From Longimicrobiales bacterium (GTDB lineage Bacteria > Gemmatimonadota > Gemmatimonadetes > Longimicrobiales > Gaopeijiaceae): a DNA stretch of 61,538 nt. The DNA lies in the NCBI GenBank assembly GCA_041579355.1, contig JBFGFY010000001.1, forward strand, positions 1 through 61,538. The letters run 5' to 3'. Shown in pieces: positions 27,527-37,737 of this stretch. Under the pieces are notes generated by a model. The model saw only the letters and a program-made list of their open reading frames with translations, was not told the origin of the DNA and searched no databases. Each line of letters opens with the position of its first letter. The first letter of the stretch is position 1. The translations under genes and the position numbers were made by a program.

Positions 27527-27910
27527 ATGAGCGCAACAACGATCCGCCACGAAAAGTGGGACAAAATCCGCCTGGAGCAGGTCACCGACGACATCGCGCG
27601 CCGACTCTTCACCGGCGAGCGGATGATGCTGGCCCAGGTCTATCTGGACGAGGGCGCGATCGTCCCCTGGCACTCACACGAGAACGAGCAGCTCACGTGG
27701 GTGCTCGAGGGGTCGCTCCGCTTCTGGCTCGGTGAGGAGGGCTCGGCCGACGTGCAGGAGCTCGTCATCAATTCGGGCGAGGTGCTCTTCATCCCTTCCG
27801 GGGTCCCACACAAAGCGGAAGCGCTCGCCGACACCCTCGACGTGGACATCTTCAGCCCGCCCCGCCAAGACTGGCTGGACGGCACGGATACGTACTTCCA
27901 CGACCGCTGA
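27527..27910 (+). CDS. cupin-domain protein
   Basis: Cupin motifs (GAIVPWHSHENEQLTWVLEG and GEVLFIPSGVPHKAEA). Confidence 0.75.
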   Translation: MSATTIRHEKWDKIRLEQVTDDIARRLFTGERMMLAQVYLDEGAIVPWHSHENEQLTWVLEGSLRFWLGEEGSADVQELVINSGEVLFIPSGVPHKAEALADTLDVDIFSPPRQDWLDGTDTYFHDR

Positions 27911-28003
27911 GCCGCGCTCCGCCCGCGGAGTCGGTCTTCACGCCGGCGGACCGGCGCGTACATTTGGCCGAGGGCGATCTTTGACGCATCAAACAATGGT
28001 GGC

Positions 28004-28942
28004 GTGATGGCAGCGGCGGGGCTCCAGGCAGTGGATTGGATCTGGCGCGACGGAGAGTTCGTGCCGTGGGACGAGGCCAAGCTCCACATTCTCTCCACGG
28101 CGGTGCAGTTCGGCACGTCGGTCTTCGAGGGCATGCGCGCGTACGATACCGCGAAGGGACCGGCGATCTTCCGCCTCGACGCCCACATCCGGAGGCTCTT
28201 CGACTCGGCGCGCATCTACCGGATGGTGCCCGATTACACGCCCGAGAACGTGGCCGCCGTGAGCCGCGAGATCGTGGTCAAGAACGGCCTCAAGGACTGC
28301 TACATCCGCCCCATGATCCTCCGCGGCTTCGGAGCCCCGGGCCTCTACCCCATGAACAGCCCCATCGAGACGTACGTGGCCACCTGGGCGTGGGGCACCT
28401 ATCTCGGCGAGGGCGCCCTCGGGACCGGCGTCGACGTCTGCGTCACCTCGTGGCAGCGTGCGATGCCGAACACGTTCCCCGCCCGAGCCAAGGCAGGCGG
28501 ACAGTACGTGAACGCCCAGCTCATGAAGATGGAGGCCGTCACGAACGGCTACGCGGACGCCATCGCGCTCGGGCCAGGCGGCCTCGTGAGCGAGGGCACG
28601 GGCATGAACCTCTTCCTGGTGCGGGACGGGGTCATCATCACGCCGATCCTGGACGGCACGTCCCTCGTGGGCATCACCCGAGGCGCCGTGATCCAAATGG
28701 CCCACGACCTGGGCTACGAGGTCCGGCAGGAGCCGGTCCCGCGAGAGGCGCTCTACACGTCGGACGAGATGTTCTTCACCGGCACGGCGGCGGAGGTGAC
28801 GCCGGTCCGGAGCGTGGACAGGATCCCAGTCGGCGACGGCAAGACGGGACCCATCACGCTCGCGCTCCAGAAGCAATTCATGCAGACCGTGAGGGCGGAG
28901 AACGACGATCCTCACGGCTACCTGAGCTTCGTGAACGGCTGA
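28004..28942 (+). CDS. ilvE: branched-chain amino acid aminotransferase
   Basis: Class IV aminotransferase motifs (FGTSVFEGMRAY, YIRP, NLFLVRDG, FFTGTAAEVTPV). Start is GTG 28004 or the adjacent ATG 28007. Confidence 0.9.
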   Translation: MMAAAGLQAVDWIWRDGEFVPWDEAKLHILSTAVQFGTSVFEGMRAYDTAKGPAIFRLDAHIRRLFDSARIYRMVPDYTPENVAAVSREIVVKNGLKDCYIRPMILRGFGAPGLYPMNSPIETYVATWAWGTYLGEGALGTGVDVCVTSWQRAMPNTFPARAKAGGQYVNAQLMKMEAVTNGYADAIALGPGGLVSEGTGMNLFLVRDGVIITPILDGTSLVGITRGAVIQMAHDLGYEVRQEPVPREALYTSDEMFFTGTAAEVTPVRSVDRIPVGDGKTGPITLALQKQFMQTVRAENDDPHGYLSFVNG

Positions 28943-28946
28943 TTCC

Positions 28947-29414
28947 GTGGGCGAGCCCGACCGATACTCCAGGGAGGGCATTCTCGCGTTCGCGGAGAAC
29001 TTTCCCTTCTTCCACCTGATCGGCCTCGAGATCCTGCACGTCGAGCCCGGCCGCTCCAGGACCCGGATCACGCACCGGGACGACCTCGCGCAGCCGGCCG
29101 GAATCATGCACGGTGGAGTCATCGCAACCATCATCGACACCGGGATCGCGCACGCGCTCCTGATGACCGACCGCTTTCTCGAGCTCCGCCGCGAGCGGGG
29201 CGCCCTGGTCTCCGTGGACCTGCGCGTGAAGTTCCTCAGGCCGGTCTCGCAGGGAGCAGTCGAGTGCGAGGCGACCGTCGTCCGGCTGGGTCGCCAGGTG
29301 ATCCACGCCGAGGCCGTCGTGACGGACGAGCGCGGCAAGGAGGTCGCCCGCGGCGACGCGACCTACATGGCCGTTCCAGGGAGCCAGCTCGAGCAGAGAA
29401 GCGCCGGCGGCTGA
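28947..29414 (+). CDS. PaaI-family hotdog-fold thioesterase
   Basis: GTG start. The signature GIMHGGVIATIIDTG is typical of PaaI/YbgC-like thioesterases. Confidence 0.8.
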   Translation: MGEPDRYSREGILAFAENFPFFHLIGLEILHVEPGRSRTRITHRDDLAQPAGIMHGGVIATIIDTGIAHALLMTDRFLELRRERGALVSVDLRVKFLRPVSQGAVECEATVVRLGRQVIHAEAVVTDERGKEVARGDATYMAVPGSQLEQRSAGG

Positions 29415-29474
29415 CTCTCGGGACGGGCCTGACCGACGCGGCTCAGACTCGCGGCCGCCCGCGGAGGCCCCGGC

Positions 29475-30218
29475 TCAGGGTCCCTCGTTCCCTCGCAGGA
29501 GCGGGACGAACCGTACGGGGACGACGTCACGCACCTGGACCGAGCCGTCGGGACGCTTCTCTACGACCTGGAGCACCTGGTCGGCGTCGCTGGTTCCGAC
29601 CGGGATCACCATACGCGCGCCGGGTGCGAGCTGCTCGACCAGCGGCGGCGGCACGTGGTCGGCCCCCGCCGTGACGAGAATGCCGTCGAAGGGCGCATGG
29701 TCGGGCCAGCCCAGGTAGCCGTCCCCGGCTCTCACCTCCACGTTCGTGATGCCGAGCCGCTCCAAGCGCTCCGCAGCGGTCCGCGCCAGCTCCGGAAGCA
29801 GCTCGATGCTGTAGACCTGCTCGACCACCCGCGCGGCCACAGCGGCCTGATACCCGGAGCCGGTCCCGACCTCGAGGATCCGGTCGGTCGGCTCGGGGTC
29901 CAGGAGCTCGGTCATGAGCGCCACGATGTACGGCTGCGAGATCGTCTGCCCGAGCCCGATGGGAAGCGGTCGGTCCGCATAGGCGAGCGAGCGATACTGG
30001 GGCGGGACGAACTCGTGCCGGGGGACGCTGCGCAGGGCGCTCAAAACGGCTGAATCGCGAACCCCCCGCGCCTCGATCTGCTCTGCGACCATACGACGCC
30101 GCGCCTCCTCGTCCGCCTGTTGGCCGGAAGCACCGGGGGCAGCCTCCGACGAAACGCACGCCGAGCTCGCGACGATGAGCCCCATGGACGTTGCGCGGCG
30201 TGCGCGCTTCCGGAACAT
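29475..30218 (-). CDS. pcm: protein-L-isoaspartate O-methyltransferase with an N-terminal signal-like extension
   Basis: Motifs GQTISQPYIVALMTELL and LEVGTGSGYQAAV. Track ORF trimmed to ATG 30218 (MFRKRARRATSMGLIVASSAC..). An alternative internal ATG at 30092 would give a canonical cytoplasmic form. Confidence 0.85.
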   Translation of the reverse strand: MFRKRARRATSMGLIVASSACVSSEAAPGASGQQADEEARRRMVAEQIEARGVRDSAVLSALRSVPRHEFVPPQYRSLAYADRPLPIGLGQTISQPYIVALMTELLDPEPTDRILEVGTGSGYQAAVAARVVEQVYSIELLPELARTAAERLERLGITNVEVRAGDGYLGWPDHAPFDGILVTAGADHVPPPLVEQLAPGARMVIPVGTSDADQVLQVVEKRPDGSVQVRDVVPVRFVPLLRGNEGP

Positions 30219-30277
30219 GTCTGAGCGTGCTCCCACATCAAGGGCCTGGCAGGAAACCGCCCGTGCCCGAAGCAGCT

Positions 30278-31201
30278 TCACTGCAACACGTCGACCCGCA
30301 CCGAGACCATCAGCTCCTCCCCGCCCCCGCCCGCCTTGATCACCCCCGAGGTGGGCGTCGCGTCCCTGTAGTTCCGTCCTGTGGCGACTCGGATGTGATC
30401 GAGGCCGACCGCGACGCCGTTCGTCGGATCGAGGCCGCGCCAACCCTCCGCGGGCAGGTAGGCCTCGGCCCAGGCGTGAGAGGCCTCGGCTTGAATCTTG
30501 TTCTCGTAGTTACCGCCCGTATACAGGTACCCGACCCGGTAGCGCGCCGGCACACGCTCGAGGCGCGCGAGGCAGATGAGCAGGTTCGCGAAGTCCTGGC
30601 AGACACCACGCTTCGCGCGGTAGACGTCGTACGGCGTGGTCTCGAGCTGGGTCACGCCGGGCTCATACACGAGCTCAGCGCGCATGGTCCGGGTGAGATC
30701 GAGGATGGTCTCCCACAGATTGTGTCCGTTGCGCTCGACGAAGCCGCGGGCGTAGACCGCGAGCTCTTGCAGCTCGGACTCCTCGAGCTCCGGGGGGAGC
30801 AGATACGGGAGCATCATCTGCGACTGCCAAGGCATCCAGAGGATCGGAATCGACATCCGTGGCGACTGGAAATCCCCGCCGCCGGCCTGGTCGCCGGCAT
30901 AGACCCGCACGACCGAGCGAGCCTCGATGATCAACTCCGTGTAGGTCTCCTGGATCTCGTAGTGGACGGCCTGGTTGCCGAAGACGTCCTCGAACTCGCG
31001 GAGGGCACCCGGCACGGAGACCGAGAGCTCGTGCTCCACCACCTCTTGGTAGCGGTCGTGCACCGGGCGGAGACGGAAGACGTGCCTGCTCCGCTCGACC
31101 GGGCTCCCGTACCGGTAGGTCGTGGTGTGCGTGACGGAGTACAGTCGCGAGGTGCGCCGCTCGAGTTCCGGCGGCGCGGTCGTCTGGCTGGGTTCGCTCA
31201 T
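30278..31201 (-). CDS. transglutaminase-family protein (Cys-His-Asp core)
   Basis: GVCQDFANLLICLAR (Cys), SHAWAEAY (His) and GLDPTNG (Asp). The ATG overlaps the alpha-E gene stop. Confidence 0.85.
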   Translation of the reverse strand: MSEPSQTTAPPELERRTSRLYSVTHTTTYRYGSPVERSRHVFRLRPVHDRYQEVVEHELSVSVPGALREFEDVFGNQAVHYEIQETYTELIIEARSVVRVYAGDQAGGGDFQSPRMSIPILWMPWQSQMMLPYLLPPELEESELQELAVYARGFVERNGHNLWETILDLTRTMRAELVYEPGVTQLETTPYDVYRAKRGVCQDFANLLICLARLERVPARYRVGYLYTGGNYENKIQAEASHAWAEAYLPAEGWRGLDPTNGVAVGLDHIRVATGRNYRDATPTSGVIKAGGGGEELMVSVRVDVLQ

Positions 31202-32196
31202 GCCTCTGCCGGGCCGGGCACCGCCGGGGCGCCCACGGTAGGGACCGCGTAGAAGTAGTCCTGGCCGATGGCCTGGGAGACCTCGGCGATCGAATCAACG
31301 ATATACGTGAGCACCTCGTGAATTCCATCGTGCAGCACTTTGTCCATGTCGAGGGCGTCGACATAGGCGTGCAGCCGATCGAGGAGCTCCGAGGAGGCGC
31401 TACCGATTCCCGGCACGTCCGCGGGACGAATGCGGTTCAAGAAGTTCTTGGCCCGCGTCACTGTGTGCAGGACCGAGCCCGGAAAGGCGGCCTCGTGCAA
31501 AAGAAACTGCGCCACGGCAGGCCCGTCGAGCGTCCCACGCACCTTCTTGAAGAACGGCTCGTACGCCGAGCACGTGCGCAGAATCGCGATCCATTCGGCG
31601 GCTCCCACGGCTTCGTCCGGGAGCAGAGCCTTGCCCTGCAGCGCGTGGTGCTGGAGGTCCAGGATGCGCGTCGTCTGCCCGGCTCGCTCGAGGTTGAGGC
31701 CGAGCTTCATGAAGTCGAAGGGCTCCTCGTGCAGCATCGTGTTGTGGCTGATCCCCTCGAAGAGGTGGCAGCGGTTGCTCACCTCCTCGTAGAACGCCGC
31801 GCGCTCGTCGTCGTAGACCGCCCTCGCAACATCCGAGCACATCCAGAGCCAGAAAGCGTTGAGGCTGTTCCACATCTCGAGGCTGATCGTCTCGCGCACG
31901 GTGCGTGCGTTCTCGCGCGCCATGCGAAGTGAGCTGAGGATCGAGACGCTGCAGCCCGGATCCCACGTCAAGTACCGCTGGACTACCTCTCCGTCCCCGC
32001 TCGCGGAGCGACCGAACCGCTCGTCGAACGCCGGCTCCTCACCCTCGACGATGAGGAGCGGTCGCCAGGCACGCTCGCGGGGGAGCACGGTGTCGAGAAC
32101 CATGCCCGAGTGAACGCGCAGCAGGCGCGCGTCCGCGTCGCATCGCTCCACGTAACGCATGAGCCAGAAACAGCTCTCCGCCACGCGGGAGATCAC
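31198..32196 (-). CDS. alpha-E domain protein (DUF403)
   Basis: N-terminus [20 protein letters not shown] and an all-helical body typical of the alpha-E family. The GTG start overlaps the ATP-grasp gene stop. Confidence 0.8.
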   Translation of the reverse strand: MISRVAESCFWLMRYVERCDADARLLRVHSGMVLDTVLPRERAWRPLLIVEGEEPAFDERFGRSASGDGEVVQRYLTWDPGCSVSILSSLRMARENARTVRETISLEMWNSLNAFWLWMCSDVARAVYDDERAAFYEEVSNRCHLFEGISHNTMLHEEPFDFMKLGLNLERAGQTTRILDLQHHALQGKALLPDEAVGAAEWIAILRTCSAYEPFFKKVRGTLDGPAVAQFLLHEAAFPGSVLHTVTRAKNFLNRIRPADVPGIGSASSELLDRLHAYVDALDMDKVLHDGIHEVLTYIVDSIAEVSQAIGQDYFYAVPTVGAPAVPGPAEA

Positions 32197-33572
32197 AGGT
32201 CACTCCCCCCGCCGGTCGGCCTGCTCGCGAGCACCCAGGTGTCCTTGGAGCCACCGCCCTGGCTCGAGTTCACCACGTACGACCCCTCCCGAAGCGCCAC
32301 GCGAGAGAGACCGCCGGGCAGCACCCAGCGTGTCTTGCCGCTCACGACGTAGGGCCGGAGGTCCACCCGGCGCGGCTCGGCCCGCTCCCCCGTCCAGGTC
32401 GGGCTCGTCGACAGCTCGATGCGGGGCTGCGCGATGTACTTCCTGGGGCTCTTCCGGATTCGCGCCGCGAAGTCGTCGCGCTCGGCCTTGGAGGCCTGCG
32501 GCCCGATGAGCATCCCGTACCCGCCCGCCTCGTCGACGGTCTTCACCACCAGCTTGTCGAGGTTGGCGAGCACGTGATCGCACTCCTTCGGGCGGCTGCA
32601 GATGAAGGTCTCCACCTGCCCGAGGATCGGGTCCTGGTCGAGGTAGAAGCGAATGAGGTCGGGAACGAAGGGATAGATCGCCTTGTCGTCCGCCACCCCG
32701 TTCCCCACGCCGTTGGCGAGCGTGACGTTCCCCTTCGCGTACACGTGCATGAGGCCGGGCACGCCGAGCACCGAGTCCTTGCGGAACGCCTCCGGGTCGA
32801 GGAACGCGTCGTCGATCCGCCGATAGATCACCTCCACCGGCTGCGCACCGCGCGTGGTCTTCACCCAGACCCGGTCGTCGCTCACGAAGAGGTCCCGCCC
32901 CTCCACGAGCTCGCATCCCATGCGGCGGGCGAGGAAGCTGTGCTCGAAGTAGGCCGAGTTGTAAGGGCCGGGGGTCAGGATCACCACGCGGGGCTCGTCT
33001 CGCCCGTCGGGTGCCACGCTCGCGAGGGCGTTCACGAGGCGGAGCGGGTAGTCGACCACCGGCAGCACCCGGGCTTCCTGGAAGATCTTGGGGAAGATCC
33101 GCTTCATGACAGCCCGGTTCTCGAGCACGTACGACACACCCGACGGTGTGCGCAGGTTGTCCTCGAGGACGAGGAACTGGCCGTCCGGAGCCTGGATGAG
33201 GTCCACCCCGGCGATGTGGATGCGCACGCCCCCGGGAGGACGGATGCCCTTCATCTGCGGCAGGAAGCCGGAGGAGGCCTCGATCATCTCTTTCGGGACG
33301 ATCCCCTCCGCGACGCACCGCGCATCCCCGTACACGTCTCCGAGGAAGGCTTCGAGCGCCTCGATCCGTTGTCTGAGGCCGGCGTCGAGGTGCGTCCACT
33401 CGTGTTCGGCGATGAGCCTGGGAATCAGGTCGAACGGAAAGACCCGTTCGACCCCGGCGCGCTCGTCCGAGTAGACCGCGAACGTGACGCCGTGTCGCAG
33501 GAGCGTCTGCTCGGCGAGCTCCTTACGCTGCCGGAACTCGGCCTCGGGGAGCCCGTCGATCCTCCCGATCAC
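32193..33572 (-). CDS. circularly permuted type-2 ATP-grasp protein (DUF404/DUF407)
   Basis: Family-typical length, and position upstream of the alpha-E and transglutaminase genes. GTG 33572 is the most upstream canonical start. A conserved-looking N-terminal stretch continues in frame upstream (see finding). Confidence 0.8.
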   Translation of the reverse strand: MIGRIDGLPEAEFRQRKELAEQTLLRHGVTFAVYSDERAGVERVFPFDLIPRLIAEHEWTHLDAGLRQRIEALEAFLGDVYGDARCVAEGIVPKEMIEASSGFLPQMKGIRPPGGVRIHIAGVDLIQAPDGQFLVLEDNLRTPSGVSYVLENRAVMKRIFPKIFQEARVLPVVDYPLRLVNALASVAPDGRDEPRVVILTPGPYNSAYFEHSFLARRMGCELVEGRDLFVSDDRVWVKTTRGAQPVEVIYRRIDDAFLDPEAFRKDSVLGVPGLMHVYAKGNVTLANGVGNGVADDKAIYPFVPDLIRFYLDQDPILGQVETFICSRPKECDHVLANLDKLVVKTVDEAGGYGMLIGPQASKAERDDFAARIRKSPRKYIAQPRIELSTSPTWTGERAEPRRVDLRPYVVSGKTRWVLPGGLSRVALREGSYVVNSSQGGGSKDTWVLASRPTGGGSDL

Positions 33573-33673
33573 GCCCCGGGCCTGGGCCCGGACAGTCCCG
33601 TCCGCCTCGAAGGCCTCGTCGTAGGTGCCCGGAAGCGGTCTGTAGCCGGCGAGCAGACCTTCGGGGTGAGGGG

Positions 33674-34255
33674 CTACCAGTCGGGTCCCTCGGACTCTTC
33701 CAGCTTCTTGAGCGCCTCGCGGAGGCGCTCCACGTCCTCGGCGCGCACCTCCCGGACCGGGGTCGGCGCCTCCGAGGCGCGACGGCGGGCCAGGAACAGG
33801 CCGATGAACATACCGGCCGTGACGATCGCGACCGCGGGCAGCAGGTAGCCGACGAGGTTGAAGCCCTCGGGAGGCGGGGACATGAGCACGGTCGTGCCGA
33901 AGTCGGCCACGAAGCCGGCCTGGATCGCCTCGGGCGACTCACCGGCCTGGAGCGACCGCCGGATCCTCTCGGACCAGCCCGGCGAGACGCCGCATTGCAT
34001 CTGGAACTGACAGGAATGCACGTCGAGGTTGCAGCTGCAGTTGCACTTGAGGCCTCGCTCGAGCACGAGCGCGAGCTCGCCCAGCTCACCCTCGTGGAAG
34101 TGTCCACCGATCGTGGCGGTCGGGTCGTACCCCCGGTGCACGGGCCCCGTCGACTGAGCCAGCGCCGGCGCGGCCAGCGCGAGCGCGAAGAGCGCGAGCG
34201 TAGCCGGGCTCGTCAGCCTCCAGGAGCGTCGGGATCGGAACATTGGGCTCACCAC
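33674..34255 (-). CDS. CcmH/NrfF-like Cys-rich membrane-anchored periplasmic protein
   Basis: Signal peptide, Cys cluster ([19 protein letters not shown]), then [39 protein letters not shown] plus one TM. This resembles CcmH-family proteins of other GC-rich phyla as I recall them. Confidence 0.55.
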   Translation of the reverse strand: MVSPMFRSRRSWRLTSPATLALFALALAAPALAQSTGPVHRGYDPTATIGGHFHEGELGELALVLERGLKCNCSCNLDVHSCQFQMQCGVSPGWSERIRRSLQAGESPEAIQAGFVADFGTTVLMSPPPEGFNLVGYLLPAVAIVTAGMFIGLFLARRRASEAPTPVREVRAEDVERLREALKKLEESEGPDW

Positions 34256-34396
34256 CTCTAGTGCTTCTCGAAGTCACATCTTCGAGTCCAGGGTCCAGTA
34301 ACCGCAAGTCGTCCCCGCGTTCCGTTGCTCAGGACCTCGGAGCCAAGGCGCTGGCGCACGATTGCACGGTCGCCGGGGGCGGGTTACATCCCCGCC

Positions 34397-35515
34397 ATGA
34401 CCATGAAGAGACGGGAGTTCCTGAAGCGCGCGGGCGGCTCGGCGGCGGGTGTGGCCGCGCTCGGCGCGTGTGCTCCGCAGGGCGCCGGGTCCGCGGGTGA
34501 AGGCGGCATCGAAGGGCCACGTGTGAGCTGGCGCATGCAGACCAGCTTCACGCCGAACCTCGACCTGTTGCACGGCTCGGGCGCGCGCATCGCCGAGCGC
34601 GTGGAGGCACTCACGGGCGGCAACTTCACGATCCGCGTCTACGGCGCAGGCGAGATCGTCCCGGGCCTGCAGGTCATGGACGCGGTAATGCAAGGCACCC
34701 TGCAGTGCGGCCTCACTTCCGGCTACTACTACATCGGCAAGCACCCGGCCCTCGCCTTCGACACGGCGATCCCCTTCGGCATGACCACACGCCAGATCCT
34801 CGCCTGGCTCCACCACGGCGGCGGTCTCGACATGATCAACGACGTGTACGCGCAGTTCGGCGTGCTCTCGATCCCTGCGAGCACGACCGGCGGCCAGATG
34901 GGGGGGTGGTATCGGCGTCCCGTCGACAGCCTCGCCCAGCTCGCCGGGCTCCGCATGCGGATCCCGGGAATCGGTGGTGAGATCATGTCGCGGCTCGGCG
35001 TCACGGTGCAGACGCTCGCGGCGCCCGAGATCTTCCCGGCGCTCGAGCGGGGCGCGATCGACGCGGTCGAGTGGGTCGGACCCCACGACGACGAGCGTAT
35101 GGGCCTGCACCAGGTGGCGCGCTACTACTACTACCCCGGCTGGTGGGAGCCGGGTGTGACGCTCGGCCTCCTGATCGGCCGCCAGGTCTACGACGACCTT
35201 CCCCCGGCCTACCAGCAGGCGCTCTGGTCCGCGTGCGGCGACACGTTCTGCGAGCGCATGGCCGCGTACGACGCCGCGAACCCGGCGGCGCTGCGGCGCC
35301 TGGTCCAAGACCACGGGGTGAGCGTGCGGCGCTACTCCGACGACATCATGGCCGCAGCGTGGCGCGAGTCTCACGCTTACCTGGACCAGCTCGCCGCCGG
35401 CAACGCCGACTTCGGCCGCATCTACCAGTCGTATCGCGCGTTCCGCGACGCGCAGTGGGGATTCGCGGACTACAGCGAGCTCGGCTACCAGCAGTGGGTG
35501 ATCGGCCGCGTCTGA
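34397..35515 (+). CDS. TRAP transporter substrate-binding protein with Tat signal
   Basis: Track ORF trimmed to ATG 34397. Twin-arginine signal MTMKRREFLKRAGGSAAGVAAL. DctP-type body. Confidence 0.85.
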   Translation: MTMKRREFLKRAGGSAAGVAALGACAPQGAGSAGEGGIEGPRVSWRMQTSFTPNLDLLHGSGARIAERVEALTGGNFTIRVYGAGEIVPGLQVMDAVMQGTLQCGLTSGYYYIGKHPALAFDTAIPFGMTTRQILAWLHHGGGLDMINDVYAQFGVLSIPASTTGGQMGGWYRRPVDSLAQLAGLRMRIPGIGGEIMSRLGVTVQTLAAPEIFPALERGAIDAVEWVGPHDDERMGLHQVARYYYYPGWWEPGVTLGLLIGRQVYDDLPPAYQQALWSACGDTFCERMAAYDAANPAALRRLVQDHGVSVRRYSDDIMAAAWRESHAYLDQLAAGNADFGRIYQSYRAFRDAQWGFADYSELGYQQWVIGRV

Positions 35516-35525
35516 GACGGAGCCG

Positions 35526-36440
35526 TCAGCCTCCTACGGCCCGCACCGCCTCCTCGACCGTGGCGGCGTGGATGCGCACCGTGTCCTCCGGCTGCCACGC
35601 GTAACCGCCCGCGAGCGTAACCGCGACGGCGATGTCTCGCTCCCGACACGCCTCGAGCACGGTGCGGTCGCGCCGGCGCAGGCCCTCGAGCGTGAGGGAG
35701 AGCCCCCCGAGCTGGTCCTCCCGGTAGGGGTCGGCCCCCGCGAGGTAGACCACGAGCTCCGGGACATGCTCGTCGAGGATGGCGGGCAAGTGCTGATCGA
35801 GCGCCGCCAGGTACTCGTCGTCGAGCGTGCCGTCGTCGAGGCCGAGATCGAGATCCGAAGGCGGCTTGAGCGCCGGGTAGTTGTTCTCCTGGTGCATGGA
35901 GAAGGTGAAGACCGCCGGCTCGTGGGCGAAGATGGCCGCCGTTCCGTTCCCGTGGTGCACGTCCAGGTCCACCACCGCGGTGCGCTCCACCGCTCCCTCC
36001 GCTGTGAGCGTGCGCACCGCGACGGCCACGTCGTTGAGCAGGCAGAAGCCCTCGCCGTGACCCTCGAACGCGTGGTGGAAGCCGCCCCCGAGGTGGACGG
36101 CCACTCCGTGCTCGAGCGCGAGGCGGCACGCGAGGAGCGTGCCCCCGCACATGAGCACCATGGCGTCCCGCCCCTCCGGGCTGAACGGAACCTCGAGGCG
36201 TATGACCTCGGCGAGCGAGAACGAGCCCGACGACACTTTGTCGAGGTACTGGGGCGTGTGCGCACACGCGAGCTGGTCCGGCGTCGCGGGCGTCGGCTCC
36301 ACGAAATGCGCTTCGGTGACGACCCCCTGCTCGAGAATTCGCTCGCGCGTGAGCCTGTACTTCGCGGTGATGAAGACGTGGGCGCCGATGTCGATCTCGT
36401 ACGACGGATCCCACACGATGGGCGGGACGTCCACCACCAC
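35526..36440 (-). CDS. histone deacetylase-family (arginase-fold) deacetylase
   Basis: Motifs HLGGGFHHAFEGHGEGFCLLND and VVDLDVHHGNGT. Confidence 0.85.
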   Translation of the reverse strand: MVVDVPPIVWDPSYEIDIGAHVFITAKYRLTRERILEQGVVTEAHFVEPTPATPDQLACAHTPQYLDKVSSGSFSLAEVIRLEVPFSPEGRDAMVLMCGGTLLACRLALEHGVAVHLGGGFHHAFEGHGEGFCLLNDVAVAVRTLTAEGAVERTAVVDLDVHHGNGTAAIFAHEPAVFTFSMHQENNYPALKPPSDLDLGLDDGTLDDEYLAALDQHLPAILDEHVPELVVYLAGADPYREDQLGGLSLTLEGLRRRDRTVLEACRERDIAVAVTLAGGYAWQPEDTVRIHAATVEEAVRAVGG

Positions 36441-36444
36441 CTAC

Positions 36445-37107
36445 CTAGCGCTTTCGCGCGAGGGTGAGGCCGTCACCGATCGGTACCAGGCTGAGCGACA
36501 CGCGCTCGTCGTCCTTCAGCCTCGCGTTCAGCCTCCGGATCGCTTCGGTATCCGCGTCGTGGTCCGACGGGTCGGCCACCCTCCCGCTCCACAGGACGTT
36601 GTCCAGCGCGATGAGCCCACCGGGTCGCACGAGCTCGAGCGCGCGCTCGAAGTAGGTGTCGTACCCCTGCTTGTCGGCGTCGATGAACGCGAAGTCGAAC
36701 GTATCGGCTCGGCCGTCGGCCACCAGCTCGGCGAGCGTGTCGCCTGCGGGCGCGAGCCGCAGCTCGATCTTGTGCGCCACTCCGGCCTCCGCCCAGTAAC
36801 GGCGTGCGACGGCCGTCCACTCCTCGCTCACGTCGCACGTCAGCACCCGCCCCTCCCGGGGGAGGGCGAGCGCCATCGCGAGCGCGCTGTACCCGGTGAA
36901 AGTGCCCACCTCGAGCACGCTCCGGGCTCCGGTCGCCTCCAGCAGGAGCGCCATGAACTGCCCCTGCTCCGGTCCGATCTGCATGTCGGCCTGTTCGAGC
37001 GCCGCGGTCTCCTCGCGCAGGCGACGCAGCACGTCCGCCTCGCGTAACGAGACCTCCACGAGGTAGTCGTAGACCGCGTCCGTGAGCGAGAGCGTCCGGC
37101 GGCTCAC
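36445..37107 (-). CDS. class I SAM-dependent O-methyltransferase (caffeoyl-CoA OMT-like)
   Basis: Track ORF trimmed to GTG 37107, which overlaps the upstream stop (GTGA). Motifs [25 protein letters not shown] and [11 protein letters not shown]. Confidence 0.8.
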   Translation of the reverse strand: MSRRTLSLTDAVYDYLVEVSLREADVLRRLREETAALEQADMQIGPEQGQFMALLLEATGARSVLEVGTFTGYSALAMALALPREGRVLTCDVSEEWTAVARRYWAEAGVAHKIELRLAPAGDTLAELVADGRADTFDFAFIDADKQGYDTYFERALELVRPGGLIALDNVLWSGRVADPSDHDADTEAIRRLNARLKDDERVSLSLVPIGDGLTLARKR

Positions 37108-37727
37108 GCGAGCTCCGTCTCGAGCGCGCGCCAGCAATACCAGGCCGCCGCGCTTCGCCACGGACGGTACGCGTCGCCGAGCGGCTCCAATTCCTTCTGC
37201 GTGGGCGGTTCCGGAAGCCCGTGAATGCGGCCGAAGCCGCTACGAACGCCCAGGTCGCCGACCGGCCACACGTCGGGCCGGTGCATGCGGAACATCAGGT
37301 ACATGTGGGCCGTCCAGGGCCCGATCCCACGTACGAGCGTGAGCCGGCGCACGACCTCCTCGTCGGGCTGCGCCTCGAGGTCTCCGACCCCGACCTCCCC
37401 GGAGCGCACCTTGGCGGCCAGGTCGCGGAGCGCGGCCAGCTTGTTGGCGGAAAGCCCCGCCTTCCGAAGCGTCGCCTCACGCGTGCGGAGAACCTTGGCC
37501 GGAGTGACGTCACCCTTGAGCGCGTCGATCACGCGACCGTGAATGGTGCGCGCGGCGGCGGTCGCAAGCTGCTGATAGACGATCGCACGCACGAGGTAGA
37601 AGAACGGATCGTCTCCGAAGCTCGGAACACGTATCGGTCCGATCTTCCGCACCCAGGGTCCGAAGACCGGGTCGCGGCCCAGGCGGCGACGGCCGCCCGA
37701 CCAGATCGCGGGCAAACGTTCAGACAC
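37104..37727 (-). CDS. DNA-3-methyladenine glycosylase 2 family (HhH-GPD, AlkA-like)
   Basis: HhH-GPD element [18 protein letters not shown] and Asp context WPVGDLGV. Confidence 0.8.
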   Translation of the reverse strand: MSERLPAIWSGGRRRLGRDPVFGPWVRKIGPIRVPSFGDDPFFYLVRAIVYQQLATAAARTIHGRVIDALKGDVTPAKVLRTREATLRKAGLSANKLAALRDLAAKVRSGEVGVGDLEAQPDEEVVRRLTLVRGIGPWTAHMYLMFRMHRPDVWPVGDLGVRSGFGRIHGLPEPPTQKELEPLGDAYRPWRSAAAWYCWRALETELA

Positions 37728-37737
37728 TCGAGCCCTC

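Noticed and set aside
34352-34365. Sigma-54-like TGGCGC-ACGA-TTGC upstream of the TRAP binding-protein gene.
   Set aside because: The spacing between GG and GC is 9 nt instead of the required 10 (N4 instead of N5 between hexamer and TTGC). Sigma-54 promoters are very intolerant of spacing changes.
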